Below are positions 34,734-43,416 of a DNA stretch of 64,000 bases, one piece after another; positions within the stretch are counted from its first letter, which is position 1; each line of letters opens with the position of its first letter. The notes beneath the pieces are model-generated. The model was not told where the DNA came from and did not search any database. It saw only the letters and a program-made list of their open reading frames with translations. This DNA comes from a virus. Its lineage: Duplodnaviria > Caudoviricetes. The translations under genes and the position numbers were made by a program. The stretch lies in the IMG/VR virus record IMGVR_UViG_3300036779_000023, positions 897 through 64,896 of that record; one strand, 5' to 3'.

Positions 34734-35385
34734 GAACGGCTCCATCGTCCTTGGGAATCCACTGCAGCGCGCGCTTGACGTTGTGCTCCAGCTCCAGCTC
34801 CGATTTCTTACCTTCACGCACAGCCATCTTGAGCAGCACCGGCAAGCCCTTGTTGATCGATGCGAGCACCTCGGCCTGCGTCGCGGTGCGGCCTTCATGA
34901 TACCACAGCACGTTGATCGGATCGCCCAGCTTGAACAGCACTCCGCCCTTCACCCGGAACGGCTTGTAGCTTTTCGTGATCCAGATCGCCATCGAGCCCG
35001 GATTGTGGTCGAGGTGCTCGCCGGCAATGGTTCCACCGGGCAGGTCGACGGTGTTGCGCCGCATGTTCGGGTGCGCAAGGAATGGACACGCCTTCACCGC
35101 ATACTGGGCGCATTCCAGATGGCTCGGCGGCTCGCTGTTGATCCGGTTCACGCTGCACATTGGCCCGATGATGAACGCGAGATACCGGCCGAGCGGCTCG
35201 CCGCACAGCCAGCACTGCTTCTTGTTGTAGGCATCGGCCATCTTGCCGGGTCCGATCGCCCGGAAGTCCCACTCGCCCTTGACCCGGGCCACGAACCACG
35301 GCACCGGAAATCCCTTGTCGCTGATCGGCAGCCGCTGCATGCGCAGCGGCAGCGGAATGTCTCGGATCGATGCGTTCAGGTCCAT
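34726..35385 (-). CDS. Conserved phage Cys/His protein
   Basis: GFPVPWFV...DFR...CWLCG...GPMC...EPP.H..CA.Y...CPFL. Confidence 0.7.
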   Translation of the reverse strand: MDLNASIRDIPLPLRMQRLPISDKGFPVPWFVARVKGEWDFRAIGPGKMADAYNKKQCWLCGEPLGRYLAFIIGPMCSVNRINSEPPSHLECAQYAVKACPFLAHPNMRRNTVDLPGGTIAGEHLDHNPGSMAIWITKSYKPFRVKGGVLFKLGDPINVLWYHEGRTATQAEVLASINKGLPVLLKMAVREGKKSELELEHNVKRALQWIPKDDGAVHA

Positions 35386-35630
35386 GGTCTTTCCTCTCCC
35401 TCGATGCGCAACTCCACCGGCCAATGCGGCAGACTGCCATGCTCGGCATACCAATGCACGATCAGCCACACCAAACGGCCAATGTACAGCGGCACCAGCT
35501 CTTCGTCTTCCAGCCTCCGGACCCGCAGATTGTTGTTGCGATCGTTGCCGACATAGCCGAGCAGGAGCGCAAAATCATTGCGCCCCAGCCCAAGCTCCTC
35601 CCTGATCCTTTTCAGCTCCGCGCCGGTCAT
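35376..35630 (-). CDS. XRE-family helix-turn-helix protein
   Basis: MTGAELKRIREELGLGRNDFALLLG. Confidence 0.7.
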   Translation of the reverse strand: MTGAELKRIREELGLGRNDFALLLGYVGNDRNNNLRVRRLEDEELVPLYIGRLVWLIVHWYAEHGSLPHWPVELRIEGEERPWT

Positions 35631-35842
35631 GGCGGCCCCACCAGCGAACGATGACATTCGACCTTGCGCGAGAACACCTGCCACGCCATCGCCCGATTAT
35701 TGCCCATGTATGTGACACTGATCGCGTCGGGCTGGGCCACGATCGAAAACACGATGCTATAGCGCGGGCCCCGGCTTTCCCACAGCTCCATCTTCAGCCC
35801 GCCGACCACGACGGAGATCAAGACCGCGCTCTTCATCACCAT
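35627..35842 (-). CDS. Hypothetical protein
   Basis: Operon-packed ORF with SD. Confidence 0.45.
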   Translation of the reverse strand: MVMKSAVLISVVVGGLKMELWESRGPRYSIVFSIVAQPDAISVTYMGNNRAMAWQVFSRKVECHRSLVGPP

Positions 35843-36222
35843 CTCTCCCTTTCCTGCTTCTGAAAAGCCTCTATGCGCTCTTGCATTTTTGTCTGCTCTT
35901 CGCGCCATGGCCGTTCAGCTTCTCGGCGAGCTGCCCTTTCTGCCCGTATCTTGATCGCGCGTTCCTCGCGCTCTCGATCAAACCGGGCTTGCCCTGCTTG
36001 CTTATGGGCTTCTTCACGCGCTGGCCACTCCTCCTCCCACTTTCTCCGTCGCTCTTCGCAAGCCTCGAACTGCCTTTGCTTTTCCCAGTCCAGATCGATC
36101 TTGGCCATGCGAGCCGCGAAACTCGCTTCTTTCCGTCGTCGTTCAGCGCTTGCGCCAGTCAGATCATCTATGAGCAGACCGAAACCCCAAGCGGCAAAAA
36201 ATAGAAAAATAAAATGCACCAT
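35836..36222 (-). CDS. Single-TM protein with charged coiled-coil tail
   Basis: MVHFIFLFFAAWGFGLLI then E/R-rich helix. Confidence 0.6.
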   Translation of the reverse strand: MVHFIFLFFAAWGFGLLIDDLTGASAERRRKEASFAARMAKIDLDWEKQRQFEACEERRRKWEEEWPAREEAHKQAGQARFDREREERAIKIRAERAARREAERPWREEQTKMQERIEAFQKQERERW

Positions 36223-36452
36223 CACTGCCCCCTGACATAGTCGTGCTCGATCAGCCATCCGTAAACCTCGGCCGTCGAGCAGCCAGACTCCCGCGCGATG
36301 TCGCCCAGCGAGTTGGCAAAGAGATACGAGTCGACATCGGCGATCCCAGCCATGAAGGTATCCATGCTGGTGCCGGGCACCAGCCATACGCACGTGGCCG
36401 GAAACATATAGCCCAACGTAAGGCCAAGCTTGGGGTGATAAGAAATGATCAT
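36222..36452 (-). CDS. Hypothetical protein
   Basis: Overlapping start/stop junctions on both sides. Confidence 0.55.
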   Translation of the reverse strand: MIISYHPKLGLTLGYMFPATCVWLVPGTSMDTFMAGIADVDSYLFANSLGDIARESGCSTAEVYGWLIEHDYVRGQ

Positions 36453-36622
36453 GCGGGCACCCCATCGATCCGAAGGTCTTTCAGCCAGTCGCGGTTAAAA
36501 CGAACCCAGTTGACCGCCTCCATATGGTTTCGTGCGTAATACGTGACCAGCTCAGTCCAGTCACGATCGGTGGCAGACCATCCGAGGCCAGTGGCCGTAA
36601 CGATGTTGGGATCAATGTTCAT
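36449..36622 (-). CDS. Hypothetical 57-aa protein, first gene after promoter cassette 1
   Basis: Manual ORF MNIDPNIV...; GGAGCATCGC before ATG; ATGA overlap at end. Confidence 0.6.
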   Translation of the reverse strand: MNIDPNIVTATGLGWSATDRDWTELVTYYARNHMEAVNWVRFNRDWLKDLRIDGVPA

Positions 36623-36734
36623 GCGATGCTCCTACGAGCCCCAATGGCTCGACCCGCCCGTTGTCTCACAGTCCGGTCCCAATGTCAACATGATGTTGAC
36701 CCCCGGCGGCACTCTGGAGGGGATGCCGCCGGGG
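36623..36734 (-). promoter_or_regulatory. Early promoter/operator cassette 1
   Basis: 11-bp stem (36701-36734), GTCAAC-N5-GTTGAC (36684-36700), TTGACA-17-GACAAC, CGAGCC...GGCTCG hairpin, GGAGCATC RBS. Confidence 0.75.
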
Positions 36735-36795
36735 CGCAGGCGAAAGCCGGGGGTGCATCCCAGCCTTGTCGGGTGGCCACCTTATCGCCTGCAAA

Positions 36796-36981
36796 CTACA
36801 GCTGGGTGACGGTCTCCGTGACCGGATCGTCGCACTCGACCACCCGGGTCTGACGCACCGCCGTCCAGCGATAGGCCAGATCGGCGACATAGCTTTCCGC
36901 CTGTTGCTTGGTGGCGAAACGTAGCTGGTTGCTGACCCACTGGCCAGACGAATCGGCAATCACTTCAGGCTTCCACGACAT
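36796..36981 (-). CDS. Conserved small phage early protein
   Basis: MSWKPEV..D.SG.W..N.LRFAT...RWT.VR.TRVVE.DDPV. Confidence 0.7.
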   Translation of the reverse strand: MSWKPEVIADSSGQWVSNQLRFATKQQAESYVADLAYRWTAVRQTRVVECDDPVTETVTQL

Positions 36982-36994
36982 GATGCTCTCCCTG

Positions 36995-37243
36995 TTAACT
37001 TTGATTGAGGATGCCCTCGGCGATCGTCTCCAACTCATTCGATACCAGACGTAACGCTCGACAACGCTCAGCGTGCTCGTGCATCGCTTTCCTGATGTCG
37101 CCGCTCTGGTAGTCCCGGCCGTGCGGCCAGACGCCTGACAGGGCTTGTATGGCCTCGTCGACCGCCTTCTTGGCTATGACGTAGTCCTTCAGAAGGTCGT
37201 CCGGCGTCGTGCCGCTCAGCCGGTTGATCTGCGGTATCTCCAC
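36995..37243 (-). CDS. Conserved small phage protein (PHGRDY motif)
   Basis: SGT..DDL...WPHGRDYQ; GTG start with AAGGA SD. Confidence 0.65.
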   Translation of the reverse strand: MEIPQINRLSGTTPDDLLKDYVIAKKAVDEAIQALSGVWPHGRDYQSGDIRKAMHEHAERCRALRLVSNELETIAEGILNQS

Positions 37244-37583
37244 GGTGCTTTCCTTTCTCCGCCATGGCGGCTTGATACATCTCTTTCCATTGCTCGGGTG
37301 TGCGGGCCCGGCGAATCTGGCCGGGGCATGCCTGTATCGCTGCAGTGTGCTGGGACGCCACCGCCTTGAGGATGGCGGCGCCCGTGGTGTGGTTGCTGCG
37401 GCTGGCGCAGTGAATGGCGTGGCTTGAGGTGACCCGCATCAGCGAGCCCCGCTGGGCCGCCTGAACGGCCTTCAGCACCGCCGCGCCATGGGCCTTGCGA
37501 TCGGAGCCTCGGCGCAGCTTGCGCAACGCCGGGCCGTCGATGTCATAGATCGGACCAAACCCTTCGCTCAGCCGGTCATCCAT
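37068..37583 (-). CDS. Hypothetical protein (C-terminal part overlaps the next gene)
   Basis: Start MDDRLS with GAGGAG SD; internal repeat GAA[VI]LKAV. Confidence 0.4.
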   Translation of the reverse strand: MDDRLSEGFGPIYDIDGPALRKLRRGSDRKAHGAAVLKAVQAAQRGSLMRVTSSHAIHCASRSNHTTGAAILKAVASQHTAAIQACPGQIRRARTPEQWKEMYQAAMAEKGKHRGDTADQPAERHDAGRPSEGLRHSQEGGRRGHTSPVRRLAARPGLPERRHQESDARAR

Positions 37584-38065
37584 CGATCGCTCCTCTGTTG
37601 GATTTTGCGGACGATACTCTCCAGCTCCGGATCGACCGAGAACATGTACCTGAAGTTGAGCCCGTGACCCGGATCGAACACGCCGTAGACGCCATTGCCG
37701 TTGATCTCGCGATCGAGCGTGTCCCAGTCCATCACGACACCGAAATACTCGCGCCCTTCGGCATCGAGCGTCGGGTCCATGGCGTCGTCGCCGTGCATCG
37801 TCACCCACGCATGGTGGATGCGCACCGGCAAATCCTTCGCCAGCGTGAAGCCCTCGACATACTGCGGCGGCATGTACTGCTCGCGCCGATCCCGAACAAA
37901 CAGCGCCGCGTTTTCGAAGCAGCGGTGCGCCCGACGTTTGCGGCCGATTCGCGGGGACGGCTTGAAGTGCCGGCCGTTGCGCAGCACGAAGCGCTCCAAG
38001 AGCGCCGGATGGTCGAGCCGTTCCCAGCTCGCCACCGCATCTTCCAGCATCTCGTAAAGCATCAC
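37568..38065 (-). CDS. Transglutaminase/papain-like Cys-His-Asp protein
   Basis: CFENA...YVEG...IHHAW...DPT. Confidence 0.6.
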   Translation of the reverse strand: MMLYEMLEDAVASWERLDHPALLERFVLRNGRHFKPSPRIGRKRRAHRCFENAALFVRDRREQYMPPQYVEGFTLAKDLPVRIHHAWVTMHGDDAMDPTLDAEGREYFGVVMDWDTLDREINGNGVYGVFDPGHGLNFRYMFSVDPELESIVRKIQQRSDRWMTG

Positions 38066-38250
38066 AGCTCCCGGGGATGGCGATAGAACAGCACGGTGGT
38101 GGCGTCGTTGATCTGATCGAGATACTTGGCCTCGGCCCGCTCGTCGAAGCCGCGCATGTTGCGGGCAGCCTCGGACGCATCGGCGATGATGAATAGCAGT
38201 TCGCCATCGGTTTTGCCGTGGTAGGGGTGACCTTTGAGGGGACGGCCCAT
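38062..38250 (-). CDS. Conserved small phage protein
   Basis: L.FII.DA.EA......YLDQINDA.TVL. Confidence 0.6.
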   Translation of the reverse strand: MGRPLKGHPYHGKTDGELLFIIADASEAARNMRGFDERAEAKYLDQINDATTVLFYRHPREL

Positions 38251-38254
38251 GTGC

Positions 38255-38443
38255 TCAGCCCTCCACCTGCGTACCGGGGATGAGCCACACGCAGATCGAG
38301 ATCAGATCGGCGATCGTGTTGAAGGTGGCCGGGCAATACGTCACCCACTGGCCAGTCGGCCCGTAGATGATGCTGTGGCTCAGGGAGGCGGTATCGACAA
38401 CGGTGAGATGCTCGTCACGAGCTTGAACTTTGGTGATCTTCAT
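38255..38443 (-). CDS. Hypothetical protein, first gene after promoter cassette 2
   Basis: GGAGCATCAT before ATG. Confidence 0.6.
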   Translation of the reverse strand: MKITKVQARDEHLTVVDTASLSHSIIYGPTGQWVTYCPATFNTIADLISICVWLIPGTQVEG

Positions 38444-38561
38444 ATGATGCTCCGTCGAGACCCAATGTCTCGTGAGGTGAGCTTATAGCCGATACGGAAA
38501 CGGGTGTCAACACGAGGTTGACACCCGACCCGCCGGCGCACCTGCCCTAATATGAGGGCAG
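38444..38561 (-). promoter_or_regulatory. Early promoter/operator cassette 2
   Basis: Hairpin 38541-38561; palindrome CGGGTGTCAAC-N5-GTTGACACCCG (38501-38527); TTGACA-17-TATAAG; CGAGAC...GTCTCG hairpin; GGAGCATC. Confidence 0.8.
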
Positions 38562-38572
38562 CGTGTTAGTTA

Positions 38573-38938
38573 TCAGGGCAGCACGTTGGTGAAACCACCA
38601 CCGACGCCGACGCCGCCGCCGAGAACGGACGAGGTGGAGGCCGCCGCACCGTTCGGACCGGCCAGAGCACCGGAGGCGCCCTGCGTCTGCCCGACCGAGG
38701 CTCCGATCCCGCTCGACAGGCTGCCGGCCGGGGTCGCGACCGCGACGCCAGCACCGACCGAGGTGTTGGAGCCGGCCGCCGCAGCACCGCTCACCGCGTT
38801 GCCGAGCGAGAGAGCACCGGTCGTGGTGGTCACTCCCGAGAGCTGCGCGCCACCTCCAACAGCGAGGGTGGACGCGGCCTGTGCGGAGCTACCGAGGAGC
38901 AGCACAAAAGCCGAGGCAGCGAACAAGAGATTCTTCAT
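38573..38938 (-). CDS. Secreted Gly/Ala/Ser-rich small-residue protein
   Basis: Signal peptide MKNLLFAASAFVLLLGSSAQA; mature part has no charged residues. Confidence 0.7.
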   Translation of the reverse strand: MKNLLFAASAFVLLLGSSAQAASTLAVGGGAQLSGVTTTTGALSLGNAVSGAAAAGSNTSVGAGVAVATPAGSLSSGIGASVGQTQGASGALAGPNGAAASTSSVLGGGVGVGGGFTNVLP

Positions 38939-39896
38939 TCTGAACTTCCTTTCTTTCAATGGATGGTCCCCCCTTGACCGGCTCGACCGGGGTGGTGAGC
39001 TTGAACGCGGATGGGACCGGAGCCTCCAGCGCGGACGTCGGTTGCGGCTCGGTCGGTTTGGGATCGACCGGCCTAACCTGCCACACCGGAGACGGTGATG
39101 CTGCCGTGGTCTTGGTCTCACTCCTCACCGCACGCGCAACACGTTTCGGCTTGGAGCTTACGGCATCGGCCCACAGGCGGCAGCGCCGGTGGCCTTTGTC
39201 GTAATCGGTGCAGAGGCGTTCCTTGCCGGTCTTGCCGTCGACCAGCATGATCGAGCCACCGCGATAGGTGTCGATGTCGTCGTAATAGTAGCCGGCCGGA
39301 CCCACCGGCTCCGGATAGCCCACCGGCGCCGCTACGGCGACCGCTGATGCGCGGCTCGGCAGGTACTGGCCACACACCTCGGGCATCGCATTGTAGACGT
39401 CAGTGCCCTCGCAGAGCCTAGCAACAGCCGCCCTCTTCAGGCCGAAGCTCCAGAGGGTTCGTGCATCGAGGCGCGCGGCACAACCCGGGTCCGGGATCGT
39501 CGAACCGAAACTGAAGCCCGTCCCAACGAAGGCGCCGCCGCCAGAGATCGAGCCGAGGCACGTCTCCAGTCCCGCAGCTGCCAAGCCCGGGGCGAAGACA
39601 CTGGGCACGTTTTTTATCGTGCTCGTGCCGGTGTTGTTGATGGTTTGCGTGGTGTTCGCCGGAGCGCCAGCGATGTTGATCGTGGCCGAAGGGTTGCCGC
39701 CGACGCCGACACCGACGCCAGTGCCGCCTTGACCGCCCTGACCGCCTTTGCCGCCCTGTCCGGAGATCGCGACCGCGTTGGATGATGATGAGGATTTCGC
39801 GACACCGACACCGGTGCCGATTGCCGTTGCGTCCTGTCCGAACGCAGGGGTGGCGATGATCGCCAATGACGTGGCGACCGCTGCAAGCTTTATCAT
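38889..39896 (-). CDS. Secreted protein with Gly-rich N-terminus and Cys-containing conserved domain
   Basis: Signal peptide MIKLAAVATSLAIIATPAFG; ETCLGS.SGG...GFSFG...D.GC..R..AR.L...G...AA...LC. Confidence 0.75.
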   Translation of the reverse strand: MIKLAAVATSLAIIATPAFGQDATAIGTGVGVAKSSSSSNAVAISGQGGKGGQGGQGGTGVGVGVGGNPSATINIAGAPANTTQTINNTGTSTIKNVPSVFAPGLAAAGLETCLGSISGGGAFVGTGFSFGSTIPDPGCAARLDARTLWSFGLKRAAVARLCEGTDVYNAMPEVCGQYLPSRASAVAVAAPVGYPEPVGPAGYYYDDIDTYRGGSIMLVDGKTGKERLCTDYDKGHRRCRLWADAVSSKPKRVARAVRSETKTTAASPSPVWQVRPVDPKPTEPQPTSALEAPVPSAFKLTTPVEPVKGGPSIERKEVQNEESLVRCLGFCAAPR

Positions 39897-40150
39897 GTCT
39901 GGATGGCTCCCCTTGTGTGATGCTCTGTAGGTGGATGATGGTGTAACTCAACTTCTCGACTTAAGATGTAGCGCCGCTGCAACAGTCTTCGGAAACTTGG
40001 CCGGGGCCTCGGTTAACGACGCCGATCCCCGGCTGCTGGGTGTTGTTTTCCTTCCACGGACACCTCCCAGCTGGTCCGTGGCGCAGCTTCATCAGCGCGG
40101 TAGTCCTCCAATAGGGTTCACGGCGCCAAAACCCCTGCGCAGGGTGCCGT

Positions 40151-40348
40151 TCAAATAGCCCAGTATCGTGTCAAGCGTCCATTCTTCTGCCGGCGCAGCG
40201 TCAAGCCAAGCTGCTGGGCGCGCTGCGGGATCGAGATCGCGGCCCAGCCCAAAACCTCCAGCGCCTCACGATTGGTGCAGCCCTTCTTGCGACGCAGAAG
40301 TTTTTCAATCTTCCGCATCTTGGTGCCTTTTTTGGCTTTCAGGATCAT
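40151..40348 (-). CDS. Small basic winged-HTH-like protein (DUF3489-like)
   Basis: KGTK...LLRR..G.T..E...LGW; GGAGCATCAC before ATG 40348. Confidence 0.6.
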   Translation of the reverse strand: MILKAKKGTKMRKIEKLLRRKKGCTNREALEVLGWAAISIPQRAQQLGLTLRRQKNGRLTRYWAI

Positions 40349-40450
40349 GTGATGCTCCGGCAGGTTGGCGACCGTAGCCCCGTCACTTTTCCGTGTCAAC
40401 AGCTGGTTTACGTCATGAGAGTGATCCCCCGCCATTCGCGGCGGGGGATC
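40349..40450 (-). promoter_or_regulatory. Early promoter/operator cassette 3 with upstream terminator hairpin
   Basis: 11-bp stem GATCCCCCGCC/GGCGGGGGATC (40423-40450); GTCAAC-N5-GTTTAC (40395-40411); TTGACA-17-TACGGT; GGAGCATC. Confidence 0.7.
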
Positions 40451-40461
40451 GGGCGCCCGGA

Positions 40462-41340
40462 TCAGGCCTTGAGCTTGGCCATCTCCTCCCCAAGCGTCCA
40501 CAGCGCACGGTTCAGCGCGGTCGACTGATCGATGCCCTTGACCGGGCGCGTATGCCGGTAGGTCATCCGGTTGTTGGCATCGCGGCCGAAGTTGTCGAGC
40601 CCGCCGCGCACCACGTTCTCCTGCACCCGGTTGAACACCGTCCAAAGATCATCCGCGAAGTCGCCCTGCCGGCGCGGCTTCAACAGCTGCAGCGGCTGCA
40701 CGTGGGTGGTCTGGTTGTTCTCCTCATCAACCGGGAAGCGGATGGCGTGGGCCGCCCGGGCGAACGCCTCGGCCTCGGGTGCCCCAAGCTGCAGCTGGCC
40801 CCACTGGTCGGGCGCCTTGAGCGCGCGCTCGGCATCCTTGATCACCGAGAACACGCCGTCGATCACCTTGGGCGCGACGTCGCCGGAGTGACGCACACGC
40901 TGCGTCGACATCTGGGTGTCCATCGCGACGAGGCTGTTCATGCAGCGGATGCGGAACAGCCCGGAGAGCAGATCGTAGGCGGCCGAACCGTCGTTGGCGT
41001 TCTTCAGCAGCACTTCGAACACGGTGTCGCCGACCTTCTTCTGCACGCCATTCTTCTCACGCAGGCGCAGCATGTGCTTGGTGAAGTCCTTGCGGTCCTC
41101 GGTCCGGGCCACCGACTGCATCGCCCCGACCACGCCGAAGCCCTCCTGATCGAGCATGCGCAGCACCTCGATGGTGGCGATCGGCTTGAAGCGCTCCGAG
41201 CGCGAGGCGTGCGCGGTGGTGGCGAATACGCTCGGCGCCAGCGTGCGGATTTCATCCTCGTTGAGGAAGCGCTGCTGATCGTCGAAGCGGGCGGACTGGG
41301 TGTAGACGGAGCCGGAGCGGAACTGAGCGTGGGTGGCCAT
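40462..41340 (-). CDS. DUF932 family protein
   Basis: APSVFA...H.SRS.RF..I.T...KHMLRLR...NANDGS.AY.L..GLFR..CMNSL...W..FNRVQEN. Confidence 0.85.
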   Translation of the reverse strand: MATHAQFRSGSVYTQSARFDDQQRFLNEDEIRTLAPSVFATTAHASRSERFKPIATIEVLRMLDQEGFGVVGAMQSVARTEDRKDFTKHMLRLREKNGVQKKVGDTVFEVLLKNANDGSAAYDLLSGLFRIRCMNSLVAMDTQMSTQRVRHSGDVAPKVIDGVFSVIKDAERALKAPDQWGQLQLGAPEAEAFARAAHAIRFPVDEENNQTTHVQPLQLLKPRRQGDFADDLWTVFNRVQENVVRGGLDNFGRDANNRMTYRHTRPVKGIDQSTALNRALWTLGEEMAKLKA

Positions 41341-41440
41341 GAGTGAAGTCCTCTTCTTGGGTTGATGCTCCCGAGACCCGATGTCTCGGCGACGGGTGTG
41401 TTGTCTCACATCCCGCCGCCCGTGTCAACACGGTGTTTAC
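41341..41440 (-). promoter_or_regulatory. Early promoter/operator cassette 4
   Basis: GTCAAC-N5-GTTTAC (41424-41440); TTGACA-17-GACAAC; CGAGAC...GTCTCG hairpin; GGGAGCATC. Confidence 0.75.
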
Positions 41441-41721
41441 TCAGGTGGCCTATATTTTTCCACATAAGCCTCGAACACCTTATCCATACCGTCATACGTG
41501 CCGTCATCCTCGATCGGCAGATAGACGTAGCAGGCCTCCTGTTTCGGCCAGCCCTTGCTGCGCTTGACGTCCGCCTCGAAGTGACGGACCACAACGCAGG
41601 TGCGTGCCGTGTTTCTGATCGTCATGACCGAGATCATGCGCCTGCCCTCGGTCTTCTCGAACAGGCAGTGACCGAGAAACTTCCTCTCGAACTGCTCGTA
41701 ACGCTCGTTGCCTTCATCCAT
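41437..41721 (-). CDS. Hypothetical protein
   Basis: GGAGCATCACGAC before ATG 41721 (alternative start 41736); extended -10 TGcTATACT at 41757-41765. Confidence 0.6.
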   Translation of the reverse strand: MDEGNERYEQFERKFLGHCLFEKTEGRRMISVMTIRNTARTCVVVRHFEADVKRSKGWPKQEACYVYLPIEDDGTYDGMDKVFEAYVEKYRPPE

Positions 41722-41946
41722 GTCGTGATGCTCCATTGTGTGACTTCAACGCGATCAGTATAGCACATCGACTTTTTGCATTTTTGCATAACAGGCGGAT
41801 TCCGCTGTGTGATCCCCCTGTCTCGCAGCGGTTTATTGCATTCGAAAAAATCGCTTGCACTGGAAAACAAGGCCTTCAGCGCGACGTCGCAGCGTAGATC
41901 ACAGTGCAGAAGTGCAGCACTGTCGCTGTGGAAAACTTTTTTCAAG

Positions 41947-43416
41947 CTATGCAAATCGCCTCCCTTGTGACTTGGCCCACGCGATGTTGCCGCGCTTGAT
42001 CCAACCGATCGCCGCCGCCGATACCCCCGCCTGTGGCGCCACCTGCGCGATCCCGTTGTGTGGCCACACGCCGAACTTCTCGCGATACTTATTCGAAGCC
42101 CAGCCGGGCTTGAAGCCCTTCCGCTCGCAATAGGCCTTCAGCTCGGCCAGAAATGCCCCACGATCGATGTTTTCCTTCTCCGCCTTCTGCTGCCGCGCCA
42201 GCTCTTTCAGCTCACCAGCGGTCGGCTCGATCTTGTTGTGCTTCACCGCCACGAACTGGCACACCGGGCATCTGGCGGTGCCGGGCGGCTTCAGGAACGA
42301 GCATGACGGGCATTCCTTCGGCAGCCGGATGCGATCCGTCACCGTGTCGGTGGCGTCCGAGCCGTTGAGCAGCTCACCATGGTTGGCGTCGATGTCAGTG
42401 ACGAAGCCGAGCCGCAGATGGTTGTCGGAATGGTCGAGGCAGAGCAGGTGATCCTTGCCGTTCGCCGTCCTCAAGCCTCGCCCCATGATCTGCACGAACA
42501 GCATCTCGCTCTTGGTCGGCCGCGCCAAGATGATGCAGCGGACGTCCCAGTCGATCCCCGTCGTCAGCGTGCCGATATTGACCACCACCTCGATCGAACC
42601 ATCGTGAAAGCCCTTCTTGATTGCGGCGCGATCTTGATCCTTGGTGTGGGCGTCCTGATAGGCCACCCGCACACCGGCCGCCTCGAACTGGTCCTTGAGG
42701 TGCTTGCCATGCGCGCAGTCGACCGCAAAGCACAGCGTCGGCCGCCCTCTGCCATTCTCCATCCACGTCGCGATGATGTCCGCGATCAGCCTGACGTTCG
42801 ACATCCGCTCTGCCAGCTCGCCCTCGTGGTAGTCGCCGGCAACGGTCCGGATGCCCTCCAGATCGGGATGCGTCGGCGAGAACACCTTAAAATCCGACAG
42901 CAGGCCTTTGTCGATCAACTCCGATGTCGTCGAGGCGATCAATAGCCGGCCGAAGAAGTTGCCCAGCCCTTTGCGCCATGGCGTCGCGCTTAAGCCAATC
43001 ACCGGCTTGTCGAGCCACGCCTCGCGCATCGTCTTGCCGTAGAAGTCGAACCATTTGTGCACCTCGTCGATCAGGACGACGTCAGCCTCGGGCATCTCCC
43101 TCTTCTGCAGCGTCTGCACGCTCGCCACCTGCACCGGCTGACAGCCGTCCGTCTGGCGATGGTTGGCCTGAATCACGCCGACGTCGCTGATGCCCTGCTG
43201 ATAGAACATCTCCACCGTCTGATCGACCAGACTGATCGCCGGCACCGTGAACAGCACCTTCTTGTTTTTTCGCCGCGCGCTGTTCACCACCTCCGCCGAC
43301 AGCACCGTTTTGCCGAACCCGGTCGGCGCCTGCATCACCACGTGCCTGAGACCTCCCATCATCGCCTGCCGCAGCATCTGCATCGCGTCGCTCTGGTCCG
43401 GTCTCAGTGCTCGCAT
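41947..43416 (-). CDS. SF2 DEAD/DEAH-box helicase with C-terminal Zn ribbon
   Basis: APTGFGKT, LIDEVH, GLSATP, LTTGIDW, QIMGRGLR, CPSC...CPVC. Confidence 0.92.
   Translation of the reverse strand: MRALRPDQSDAMQMLRQAMMGGLRHVVMQAPTGFGKTVLSAEVVNSARRKNKKVLFTVPAISLVDQTVEMFYQQGISDVGVIQANHRQTDGCQPVQVASVQTLQKREMPEADVVLIDEVHKWFDFYGKTMREAWLDKPVIGLSATPWRKGLGNFFGRLLIASTTSELIDKGLLSDFKVFSPTHPDLEGIRTVAGDYHEGELAERMSNVRLIADIIATWMENGRGRPTLCFAVDCAHGKHLKDQFEAAGVRVAYQDAHTKDQDRAAIKKGFHDGSIEVVVNIGTLTTGIDWDVRCIILARPTKSEMLFVQIMGRGLRTANGKDHLLCLDHSDNHLRLGFVTDIDANHGELLNGSDATDTVTDRIRLPKECPSCSFLKPPGTARCPVCQFVAVKHNKIEPTAGELKELARQQKAEKENIDRGAFLAELKAYCERKGFKPGWASNKYREKFGVWPHNGIAQVAPQAGVSAAAIGWIKRGNIAWAKSQGRRFA

Noticed and set aside
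37584-38348. 426-aa ORF 37068-38348
   Set aside because: Upstream part overlaps three better-supported genes; only the part from ATG 37583 is retained, at low confidence
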